From positions 248,001-312,000 of the forward strand of contig CP060766.1 in assembly GCA_023205875.1 (NCBI GenBank): a stretch of DNA of 64,000 nt, read 5' to 3'. The notes beneath the pieces are model-generated. The model did no database searches. It was not told the DNA's origin and was given only the letters and a program-made list of their open reading frames with translations. The stretch is from Chloropicon primus (Eukaryota). A program made the position numbers and the translations under genes. Shown here in pieces: positions 31,003 through 41,431 of the stretch. Within the stretch, counting starts at the first letter, position 1; every line of letters begins with the position of its first letter.

Positions 31003-33418
31003 TCAGGCCAATTCTGGGTCCGTCATGAAGGTGCTCCCTCCGCTACCGAACCCACCATCGCCGTTGTCCTTCTCGCCTCCTTGGCTGGACATCACGTAGT
31101 ACTTGCTTGGCCTGATCAACTTGCTCGACAGGTTTCGGATGAATTCTGAAACCTCCACCTCCTCGCCCAGCTCCATGTAGAACTTGACGTCCTCCACAGA
31201 GTTGAGGTGCGCGCCCCTCGCCAGGTACATGTACACGTCGTCCTCCGTTTTCCTGGCGTCGAAGTTGGCGATGACGTCCTTGAGATCGGCAAGCTTGGCA
31301 AAACCGTTCTCGTCCGCCTTGACTTGCATCAAGCTGCTCTTCAAAGTGTTGCTGTACTTGGCGATGTCACCGAGATACTGGAGCAAAAGAGTGTCCAAGA
31401 ACTGTCCCCGGGTCTCGTTGCCGTCTTCCGTGTCGAACAGGAGCATGTACTCGATCTCGTCCTTCTCTTGCTCGGCGGCCAGAGCTTCTTTTAGCTTCTC
31501 GACCGCTTCCTTCTCCATGTAAGGGAAGAACCTGTCCAGCGTGGCGAAGAGATCAGCTTTTGGTATGCTCGACTGATCCTCGCCCTTGAGACAGCTTTGC
31601 ATCTCCTGCATGAGCGCCGCCATCAGACACTCGAAGTCAAAGTGACACTCCTCGCTTATCTCGCCGTACAAAACCCTTTTGAACATGAGAACGTCACCGT
31701 CCGCGGCGTAGCAGTGCACCGAAAGAAACAGCTTATACCCCTCCTCTGCAATCATGTCAGTGCGATTGCCGTAATTCTCAAGCAAGTGAGCAAAGACGTA
31801 CTCCATCATAGTCGAGGACCTCGTCCTGAGCCCGTCGTACTCGTCTTTCGCGGACCAGATGTCGGTGATCAGGCTCTTCGTCTCGCTCCTCGACAAGAGC
31901 TTGAACGTTAGCTTCTTTGTGTACCGCAAGAATCTTGGTATGACCATCTCCGCTCCCAGTGGTTCTACCTCGTGCTCCCTCTTGCTCTCCTTGATCGAAT
32001 CTTGAGAAAGCTCGCTCAGAACTCCCAAGACGCTAGGCAAAGCCGCCGCCTCGCCTTGGGCCTTCTCGTCAGCGCCCTTGTCCTTGTCCGCGTCGTTTTG
32101 CTTCAGCTGCTCAAGGATGCGAGTGGCAAACGCAGCTGGATCTGGATCAGGGTTCAAGAAGCTCAAAGCGTTCCTGTTCTGCTGGCGAAGCATGCTCATG
32201 TCTTTCTGGGCCAAGGAAAGATTGACCATGCTCCGCTTCAGCCTCGTGACAACCTCTCCAACGATGGCTTTGGTGCTGCCGTCGGTCTTTGGAGGGGGTT
32301 CCGCGATGCCTTGCTGCTCCACCTTGAAGGGATCCAGCTTTTTCCAGTCCGGTCGAGGCGTGAGGCTCCTTGCCGTCATGATGTTGTCCACACCGGACAG
32401 TTTTGTGATCTTCGTCTCAAGCTCCTCGATGGTCTGCTTCGCCATCTCAAGCTCCTTCTTGGAGGCCGAACCCGCGCTCGCGATCTGAATCTCGTTCTTC
32501 TCCTTCGAGACCGAGTCCAGCTGACCCCTCAGAGTTGCCACTTCTTGCGTCAGGCTCTGAAGCTGCTTGGATTTGTCCGTGTTCCTCGATCTCATGTCCT
32601 TCAGCTCGTCAGAAGTCCTAATGAGGGCCTGCCTTGCCTGCTTCAGGTCGTCCACGCAAAGCTTGAACTCGCCCGTCCTGTTCTTAAGGTCCTTCTCGAC
32701 CTGGTCCAGCTTCTCTTGCAACGCGGCCTTTTCCTGTCGCTCGGTGGCCAAATTCTTCGTCAACTCCTTGATGCTATTGTCGATGTTGTCGATCTCTCCT
32801 TCCCTTTCCTCTAGCATCTGCCGAAACTGCTCTTTCTCCTCCAGGAGCTCCTCCTTCTCGGCCTCGACATGCTCCAAAGCCGAGAAGAACGTCTGCTGCT
32901 CGAAGATCAGATCCTCCTTCTGCGCCGCGTAATACTCGCTGTATATCGCCTTGCAGACTTCATCCCTGACAGTGCTGAGGACCTTCCCGAATGGTCCACT
33001 CAACCCAACAAGCTCTCCCAGCAAGTGAATGCAAAAGGCCGTGCGATACATGTCTGGGTTGCCTTCCGTGTCGTCCTCGCCATTCAGCTTCTTCTCCAGC
33101 GTCCTCTTGTTGAGTGCCTCCGCCAGCTTCACCTCCGCGTACACCGCCGCGGAGCGAAAGTCTTTGTTCTTCGACAGACCTGGCAAGTTTACCAACCAAG
33201 ATGGGTGAAATCGATGAAAACGGTGTGAGTTCGCGATGACTTTGAAAACCTTGTCAGATATCCTCACCTTCAGCGGACTTGAACGCTTGCTGGTTCCAGT
33301 TGACAACCTGCACACCATCTTGGTCGTCTCCGTTGCTGTACGACTTCTGCCTCGACTTGACCGTCCTGGAACCAGGTCTGGCAGACTCCTTCACATCCAT
33401 GCCATCGAGCTTAAACAT
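31003..33418 (-). CDS. Translin-associated factor X-interacting protein 1-like coiled-coil protein (exons 33418-33268, 33179-31003)
   Basis: Coiled coil, then LTPRPDW, PLG...IPRFLRY, IWSAK and EF-hand-like C-terminus. Phase-1 intron 33267-33180 (GTGAG...CCAG) links MFKLDG...AEG|LSKNK. Confidence 0.7.
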
Positions 33419-33666
33419 CTTGACAGGCTCTCACTCCCTGCCCTGTCCCAGCTGCTTTGCTCGAAGATAGGACTCGTTGTCCTGTCAGACCCTGCCTCTC
33501 TCTCCCTCTGTGCTCAGTATCAGGTATCCCTTCCCAGTCCCCTCCTTCAAGTTTTGAAAAGTAACTCAAGTGAGTCCGACAGCAATCAAAGGCAAAGCTT
33601 TGCGTGTGGCATAACGTGACTCTCGCGCACTGCCCTCTCCCACCTGCTTGATAGGACTCGGTCCAC

Positions 33667-33707
<41 letters not shown>

Positions 33708-34253
33708 TGTGAGTTTTGGTACCGGAGTTGACTTTCCTTCAAAGTCAATCGCAAGTCAACACTTGGTGGTTCCACACAAGAAATCAAAGGCAAAGACCTC
33801 GGTGTGGCATAAAGTGACAGGCATCAGGTCAACGGGGATGCTCTCTGCAGTTGTCCTCTGCCTTTGTTCTGAGCTTCCAGGCCACCCTCAAAGACCTACT
33901 ACTGGATCTTGGGTCAAGAATTATTTGAACTTTGAACAAAATTTCAGCATCGAGAGACAGATGAGGAGGAGGATGGAACAACTGGCGATGCGATGCAAGG
34001 TTGAAGGAGGGAGGGGGGGAGGATGGTCTCGTTCCCTCCATCGTTGCTGTCCTCGATTGCCTCCTCCAAGATCAAATGAGTGGTTTCTGGCCATTAAATC
34101 ACAGGAGTGTGATTGATTGATTGATTGATTGCGTGCGGAGAACCCTGGGATGATGGCGATGATGGATGTTATGGAACGCCCCAAAAGAGCCTTGATTGTA
34201 CAATCCCAGTACGTATGAATCGATTATCCCTTTCGTGGCCGTTCGCGTGGTTT

Positions 34254-35806
34254 CTACGGATCGAACCAACCTGGCTGCCAATTCGGATCTTTCTTCAAGG
34301 TGTTGTTGTCGACAAAGAGCCTCTTGGACTTGTCGCACACGGCCATCAGCTCGACTTGCTTCTCGCCCGTGGTCTGGTTTTTCGAGTGTCCCACAATTCG
34401 GAAAAGCGTCCAGCCCATGACCTTCTTGCTTGTCGTCCACTTGCCGTTTATTTCAAACGCCTTTGGACGCGGAAAACAAACGAGTGGGGAAGAGGGTCAG
34501 AACAAAGCAGAAAGGAGAGAGCCACACCTACCTTGAAAGAATAGCTAGCGTTCCTACCATTTACGAAAGCATCCACTGAGAAGGCCTTGTGAACACCCTC
34601 GTCCAGCTGTTTCGAAGCCATGCCACAGTCCCTTTTGATTTGCGAGACCAGCTCCTGAATCCCATCGAACTTCTTCTCGGGGCGGATGAAACCGAGGAGA
34701 ACCACCCGCATCTCCTCGCCGTAAAAGTCATCCTCGAGGCAGTCCATCACGTGAACCTCGATCGTGATGTCCGTGCCGTCTTCGAAGCTTGGCCTCTGCC
34801 CCACATTCGCCACGACCTTCTTCGGGGCTTTTCCCAAGGACCCCGCTCTGCCTTTGTCCTTGTAGTTCACCTTGGCCCACCCAAAGTAAACCCCCTTCTT
34901 CAAGCCCGCGATCTGGTCCTCGATGGCAGAGACCTCTAAATTGGCTGTGGGAAACCCGAGCTGCTTGCTCCCCCTCTGAAAGCCGTGGACGACTTTGGAC
35001 TTCAGGCGCAGTGGGGACTCTTTGAAAAGGTAGCTCTGCGGCAGCCGCAGGCAAAGCGAGGAGGGCGACGAGTGGACGACCTCCAACGGAAGCTTCTCTT
35101 GGACGATCCCCCTGATCTCATTCAAAATTTTCTCCGACTTGGAGTTGTCGCCCAGGACAAGCTCCTGAAAGACCACGATCCCCCCGGGCCTGAGAAGGTC
35201 CACGCACTTGTTCAGCCAGTTCGCCACGAATTCCTCTTCCACCCTGCCCACGATTTCACCGGGCCTCTCGTCCTGAAAGGCTTGGGAGGTGGCCCACTCG
35301 CTCTCGAAGCAAGAGCACATCACGATTTGGTCCATGGGAGCAAAGTAGTAAGGGACGCTCAAAAAGTCCCCCTTCCACAACCGGAGCCCAGGCTCGTTAC
35401 CTAGGGTCCCTGCCTCTGGAAACGGAAGCTTCAGCGACCCTTGCGTGCTCGTATCAACGACGACGACGTCCCGCAGACCGAGAGTCTCGATGACGTGTGA
35501 AGCTCCCATGCCGATCAGGAGGGACCTTGGCCCAGGGGAATCGGGATCGACGTTCTGCACCTCGTGCTGCCAAGCCAGAGGCCCGTACGGACCTCCATCC
35601 GCTCCCGTCGCACGCAAGCCTTGGCGATTCCTGCTTGCGGGAAGAGGAGACCTTCGCGAAGATCTGACCAATCCAAGGTCCAAGAGTGGCTTCCTGCTTG
35701 CGCACGACGTCGAAGTGGACGACACCCGAGCTTGAGACCTCGTAACGGTCCGCGGCGCCCTCCCATGCGAGGCCATCCCTTGCAGCGTCCTCACAGGTGG
35801 CTTCAT
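34254..35806 (-). CDS. Plastid-targeted fusion: methyltransferase-like + riboflavin kinase + Trp-rich TIGR02450-like domain (exons 35806-34532, 34460-34254)
   Basis: Flavokinase motifs GFQRGSKQLGFPTAN, GVYFGW, EVH, FYGE, GFIRPEKKF. Intron 34531-34461 adds AFEINGKWTTSKKVMGW...NWQPGWFDP in frame. Confidence 0.8.
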
Positions 35807-36435
35807 GACGCAGTAGCTGCCTCCCAGAAGATTGTGGAAACTCTTCCCGATGGTGGCTCGATCCCGAGTCTATCCGAGGAAAGCGACCCACCAATCGAAA
35901 GATCTGAAAATGATCTTTCGTATGACACCCTCCTCTCCTCCTCTCGTTGCCGTTCTCGTCGCCCACCGTCCTCAACAAGGTGGGCCAGTCGGATAGTTTC
36001 TGCTTCAAATCCTGAAACACTAGAGTCTAATCGATCACTCCGAGCACCAAATGGGTCAATCAAGGTATCATTCGAAAGCTCGCGAGACGATCTTTCTCTT
36101 GGCTCGGTCTTCCTCTCACCCTGTCGTCCTCAAAGGTTCCATCAAAGCCTCTCCGTCTTCGTCTCTCCCTCTTCTCTCTCCCTCTCTCTGTCGAATGCAA
36201 AAAGGAGTGAGGGGCGTCGATCGAGTGAGCGACGCCGTTGCACAAACGCCGGAGGAGGACGAGGGGAAGGGACGAAGGCGAGGAGGGGAGGAGACCATTC
36301 GACGCGTCGTGTCTTTATCTTTCCAACGAGCCCTCCCTCGTAAACAACAGACGAGTGAGGAGCATTTGAAACAAAACGCACCGATCGCGAATCGTGTGAC
36401 CCGAGCAAGAGGAGAGGCCAAGGAGAGGTGAAGGG

Positions 36436-38123
36436 ATGTTCGGCACGCCTTCGACGAGTTTTGGCGGCGCGAGTCAATCGGCGTTCGGTTCGCCGCTTCC
36501 AATGGGCACGACGCAGTTCGGGGCGACCACGCCAGCAACTGCAGGTGAGTTCAAACTCTTCTCCCTCTCCCATTGAGGAGGAGGAGGAGGAGGAGGAGGA
36601 GGAGGAGGACCATTGCCATTTGGTCTGACCCGTGAGTGAATGCCTTGGTGCTCTCTCTCTCTCTCTGTGCGTCTGTCTGTTTGTGATTTTGTTTTGTTTG
36701 CACTGCAGGAGGAGCGTTCGGTGGGTCCGCGTTTGGAGGAGGGTTCGGCGCAGCCAAGCCTTTGGGTGGGTTCACCTCGACGCCGGCGTCTACCTTTGGG
36801 ACTCTGGGAGGTGGTGGTTTGGGGCTGGGTGCTCCTACTGCACAGCAGTCATCTTTCTCCCTCGGCGGAATGCCTGCTACTTCTGGACCGTCTCCCCTCC
36901 TGGGACAGCAGCAGCAGCAGCAGCAAGTGCAGATCACCCACCTGGGAACCAAGGACAGGAGGCCTGTGACGTATTCGACAAAGATAGAAGACCTTGACGA
37001 TGCGTCCAGGGCGCTTCTGCAAGAGTTGGAGAAGAAAGTGAAGGACCACAGGGAGCACAAGAGGCAGCTGGAGGCCTTCGACAGACTGCAGACGTCGAAC
37101 TCGAACTCGAAGCAATTGAGGGAGGAGCTGGACATGGAGGTCCACGTGCTGTCCAAGAAGGTGCAGGGCCTGCTGAGCATGCTCAAGGCCGACAAGCAGA
37201 ACCTTGACTCCCTTTACCAGGTCTGCATGAAGCTTGTTAGGAGAACGGAGGCCATGAGCAACGCGTCGCAGAGGTTGAAGCTCAGGGCGTCCACCATGCA
37301 ACAGATGCAGAGCACTTCGAGCTACGCCACGACCGGGAGCGTCATGTCGTCCCTCCCGGGTGATTTGGGCTTCCGGCCACCCTCCACGCCGTCCCCCTTC
37401 TTGGTCGAGGCCCTGTCGAACTTCGAGCTGGCCTTTGATCAGATGAGCCACGTCGTTGGGGAGCTGGAGCAGCTGCACTTGCACAAGGGCCAGCGAGGCG
37501 CCGGCAGCGAGATCAGGGGTCTCCTGCACAAGGTGGGAGTGAAGGAGGGAGAGGACATGGATCAAAGCATGTCCAAAATACTGGACAACTTTGTTGTTTA
37601 CTTCAACCACGTGCTCGCGCAGTACTCTCAAGTCAGCGAGAAGCTGCACAAGGTGAAGAAGGACTTTAACAGGAGGCAGAAGCAACAGGGGGTGGACAGA
37701 GACTACTTTGCGGAGGCTGACAGGAAAGCGGTAGTGGCCGAGGAGCGGCTCAGGAAAGAGGCGGAACAGAAGAAGCAGCAAGCTTCGGGAGCCGCGAACC
37801 CGCAGCAGCAGGCCCAGCCCCTGCAACCTCAGCAACCTCAGCAGCAGCCCGGCGCTCTGGGATTCGGAACCGCCGCGCCTGCTGCCGCGACTCCAAACTT
37901 GTTTAGCACGCCGCAGCCAACCCTGGGTATTGGCCAGTCCGCCTCCCTTTTCAGCCCTTCGACCTTTGGAGCTCAGCCAGCTGCGCCGGCCGCGACGATG
38001 CCTGGCCTCTTTGGAGCTCAGCCAGCCACCCCTTTTGGCACCACAGGTGGTTTTGGCCAGAACACCTTTGGCGGAGGGGCGTCCGGCGGGAAGACGAAGA
38101 GCAAGAGCAAGCGAGGAAAGTAA
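36436..38123 (+). CDS. FG nucleoporin, Nup58/p45-like (exons 36436-36544, 36709-38123)
   Basis: FG repeats at both ends around a central coiled coil (PSPFL...F). GTGAGT...TGCAG intron 36545-36708 keeps the frame. Confidence 0.75.
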
Positions 38124-38276
38124 AGAGGCTATAACGAAGGATAAACTAGAACAAATAATTTCACACCATATATTTTTTTTCACGTGGAAGAGCCGCGATT
38201 GACGGTGACGAGTCTACCTTTGAAAAGCTACCACGACTTCCTTGGAGGAAAGAACCAGAGAGAGAGAGCTTGAGTT

Positions 38277-39473
38277 TTAGAACCCAAGGCCTCCGCACTT
38301 TTGAAGCGCCCCGGTACCCCTCTCTTGCCACTCTTCTCTTGAGATCCAAAAGTCGTCCCTGTCCTTCATGATGTCCGCGAGCACGGCGCCTCCAAGGAAA
38401 ACCATGTGCTTCCTCCTCGGGGGGTCCTCTATGTGGAGCGCGCTCTTGAGCTTCTTCATTCCGTCCTTGTTGCCCTTGAGCACTCTGCTCAAGTACAGCC
38501 TCTTGATCTCCCTTTCTAGCCTGGTTGGGAACCCTGGGTACATACTGCTACCGCCGCTGAGAACGATGTTGGAGTACATCTCCATCCTGTTGTCGATGTC
38601 CATCTCCTGGATGCAATTGAATATCTGCTCGTGCAGGCCAACGCCATCTGCTTCGTCTATAAGGCTCGGCTTGAACATGACCTCGGGGGCCATGAACCGC
38701 TCCGCTCCCACCTTGATGGTCCTCCCGTCAGGAAGCGTGTACTCCTTGACGAGAACGGTCGTGTTCCTGGCCAAAACGAGTTCCTTCTCGTAGTCGTAAG
38801 ACACGTAGCACAGGTCCTCCTTGATCTGCCTCACCGTGTCGAAATCCGCGGACCTATTGAAGTTGTAGCCCTGAAGCCTCAGCAGGTCGCACAGGTACGT
38901 GGTGCAGTGCCTTCCGGCGACGTTCAGCCTCTTGGTGTGCTGGGGGAAGGCGTACCCGTCTTTCACCGGTATCGCGTGACTCACGCCATCTCCCGAGTCC
39001 ACCACCAGCCCCGTCAGCAGCCCCTGGGCGTAAAGAGTGAGCACAGCCTGCACCTGGATGTACACGTGCCCAAAGTCATACGTCTCGAACATCGTCTCCA
39101 CCATCTTCTCCCTGTTCTTGACAGGATTCAGTGGTGGGTCCGTGAGCAAGATTTTGCATTCCCTGGGGTTCACATTGAGCCTGTCATTGAAGGTGTGGTT
39201 CCACACGTGGTGCATGTCCTCCCAATTCTGTATCATCCCATTCGATATCGGATACGTGACCTCCAAGTTGTGCCTCAACCTGGCACACTCCTCACCCACC
39301 ACTATGTCTCCAATCTCCTCGTCCACGAAACTTTCCTCGAAACGCAAAAGAGGCCTTCCCACCATGCAAGGGAAGTGAGCTCTCGGGAAGTTGTCCCCAG
39401 CAAACCCGCACTTCACGTACCCCGTGCCGTTATCGCACACCACCGTCTTACTCCTCAACTCCTCCACCGTCAT
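38277..39473 (-). CDS. ARP2: Actin-related protein 2
   Basis: [54 protein letters not shown]. Confidence 0.95.
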   Translation of the reverse strand: MTVEELRSKTVVCDNGTGYVKCGFAGDNFPRAHFPCMVGRPLLRFEESFVDEEIGDIVVGEECARLRHNLEVTYPISNGMIQNWEDMHHVWNHTFNDRLNVNPRECKILLTDPPLNPVKNREKMVETMFETYDFGHVYIQVQAVLTLYAQGLLTGLVVDSGDGVSHAIPVKDGYAFPQHTKRLNVAGRHCTTYLCDLLRLQGYNFNRSADFDTVRQIKEDLCYVSYDYEKELVLARNTTVLVKEYTLPDGRTIKVGAERFMAPEVMFKPSLIDEADGVGLHEQIFNCIQEMDIDNRMEMYSNIVLSGGSSMYPGFPTRLEREIKRLYLSRVLKGNKDGMKKLKSALHIEDPPRRKHMVFLGGAVLADIMKDRDDFWISREEWQERGTGALQKCGGLGF

Positions 39474-39708
39474 GACAACAACAACAACAACAAAACCTTT
39501 TCCTATCCCCCCCCCAAAAAAAAAACCAAAAGAAAAACCTTTTGGTGACGTCCCTTCCGTCCCAAGTCAAGTCAAGATGTCACAATGAGGATGAGGATGT
39601 AATGCTCCCTCTCGATCCCCTCTCTCGGTCGTCCGCTCGTCGTCGCCTCAAGTGACTTGGTCCTTCCTCGCCTCGCTTCACCCCCTTTCCCGCCCGATCG
39701 CGATGGGC

Positions 39709-40150
39709 CTCTCCCTGCACCGAAAGAGCTTCCTTGTCCAGGGGATCCGGGCACCTGGAGGAGGAGGACGAGGAGGAGGACGAAGGCAAAGGCTCTCAAT
39801 GGAAGGATGGAAGACGGGGGTACGGATTGTCTTGGTACGGATGAAGGGAAACGAGGTCAAGGACTTGGAACTCGGCGTCGGATCCTCTCCCTGCAACGAA
39901 AGAGCTTCCTTGTCCAGGGGATCCGGGCACCTGGAGGAGGAGGACGAGGAGGAGGACGAAGGCAAAGGCTCTCAATGGAAGGATGGAAGACGGGGGTACG
40001 GATTGTCTTGGTACGGATGAAGGGAAACGAGGTCAAGGACTTGGAACTCGGCGTCGGATCCTCTCCCTGCAACGAAAGAGCTTCCTTGTCCAGGGGATCC
40101 GGGCACCTGGAGGAGGAGGACGAGGAGGAGGACGAAGGCAAAGGCTCTCA
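39709..40150. repeat. Tandem repeat, 176 bp unit, about 2.5 near-identical copies
   Basis: CGAAAGAGCTTCCTTGTCC at 39721, 39897 and 40073. Confidence 0.95.
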
Positions 40151-40715
40151 TGGACAGGGAAGACGGAGACGAGGCCAAGGACTTGGAACTCGGCTGGACT
40201 CGGCTTGGGATCCTTTCCTCCTTTTTCTCCTTCTTCGTTCTCCTCGAAGAGGGTCCTCGTCTTGGTATGGATTAAGGGAATGCTTGCTGGGATCTTTGGA
40301 TGGTGAGCAGGGAAGGGAGTGGGGCAAGCAACATCAGAGGGACGAGAGGTGTGGGAGCGGAAGGAGGATATCCAGCAGACGGAAAGCGGAAGACAACGAG
40401 AGAAGCATCCATTCCATCGCTTGCAAAGCTTTGGAACACGTCAAAGTCCATCCACCTTTGACTGGTTTGGTTTGGTTTGTCCACAACCGTCTTCAGCTTG
40501 GCTTTGGCTTTGCTCAGGAGTGTGTGCTTGGTCTCGAGCGGGTGCAGGGGCCAAAGGTGGCAACTTTGACAAGTGAACGCAAAGCTTTGCTCGTTCCAGG
40601 TCTTTTGTGACGTATCCTTGAGCTGCCAAGGTTCAGACCATCCAGTTTTGTGCTGGTTCTCACTCTTGCCAGTGTTTCTGTGTTCTGTGTTCTTTGTGGT
40701 GTGTGAGGAAGGAGT

Positions 40716-41336
40716 ATGTTTGGCTTGAAGAGGCGTGAGGCTGTCCTGGCCGTGGTGCTGGCGTGTGCCCTCGCCCTGGTGTGCGCTGCAAGCGCGGTGA
40801 GGCCCATCGTTGCATCGAGGGCGCTCCTTGCTTCAGGAGGTGCCCACCAAAACTCAAGGCTGAAGAAGTTCGAGGAGCGTGTGATAGCCAAGGAGTTGGA
40901 ACAGGAGCTGGAGGCCATAGAGGAGGAGGAGGAGGAGGAAGCCAGGGAAGAGGAGGTGCTCACGGACGAGTTCGAGGCGGACGAGATTGAGGAAGGGGAG
41001 GAGGTGGAGGAGATCGAGGAGGGGGAGGAGGGAGAGGAGGAGGGTGGAGCAGACCAGTACGTGGACGAGGAGGACGAGGAGGGAGAGGCAGCGAACCACA
41101 TGCTGGAGGGGAAGGAGCTCGAGGAGGCCGAGCAGCACGAGCTTGCCGAGGACGAGAGCGAGGACCTCTTGGACACCACCGGTGAGGTGAACGAGCATGG
41201 GGACGACATCGAGGACGAAGGCATCAACATCGAGGAGGAGGAAGAGGCCCAAAGGATGTCTTCGGACCACGATTGGGTTGCTGAAGTGGACGCCGCCAAC
41301 CAAGACGAGGAGGATTACGAGGAGAATGCCCAGTAG
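40716..41336 (+). CDS. Secreted highly acidic (Glu/Asp-rich) protein
   Basis: Signal peptide AVLAVVLACALALVCAASA, then SRALL, then a long E/D-rich tract. Confidence 0.75.
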   Translation: MFGLKRREAVLAVVLACALALVCAASAVRPIVASRALLASGGAHQNSRLKKFEERVIAKELEQELEAIEEEEEEEAREEEVLTDEFEADEIEEGEEVEEIEEGEEGEEEGGADQYVDEEDEEGEAANHMLEGKELEEAEQHELAEDESEDLLDTTGEVNEHGDDIEDEGINIEEEEEAQRMSSDHDWVAEVDAANQDEEDYEENAQ

Positions 41337-41431
41337 GCCTGCATCGGTAATGCCACAATAATATTGTTTTTACCCCGGCTTGTTTTCGTGTTTCAGAGGA
41401 GCGAGCTTGCGCTCTTTTGTGAAAATTTCTC

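Noticed and set aside
39657..40610. ORFs across the 176-bp tandem
   Set aside because: The unit length is not a multiple of 3, the peptides shift frame between units, and there is no coding signature.
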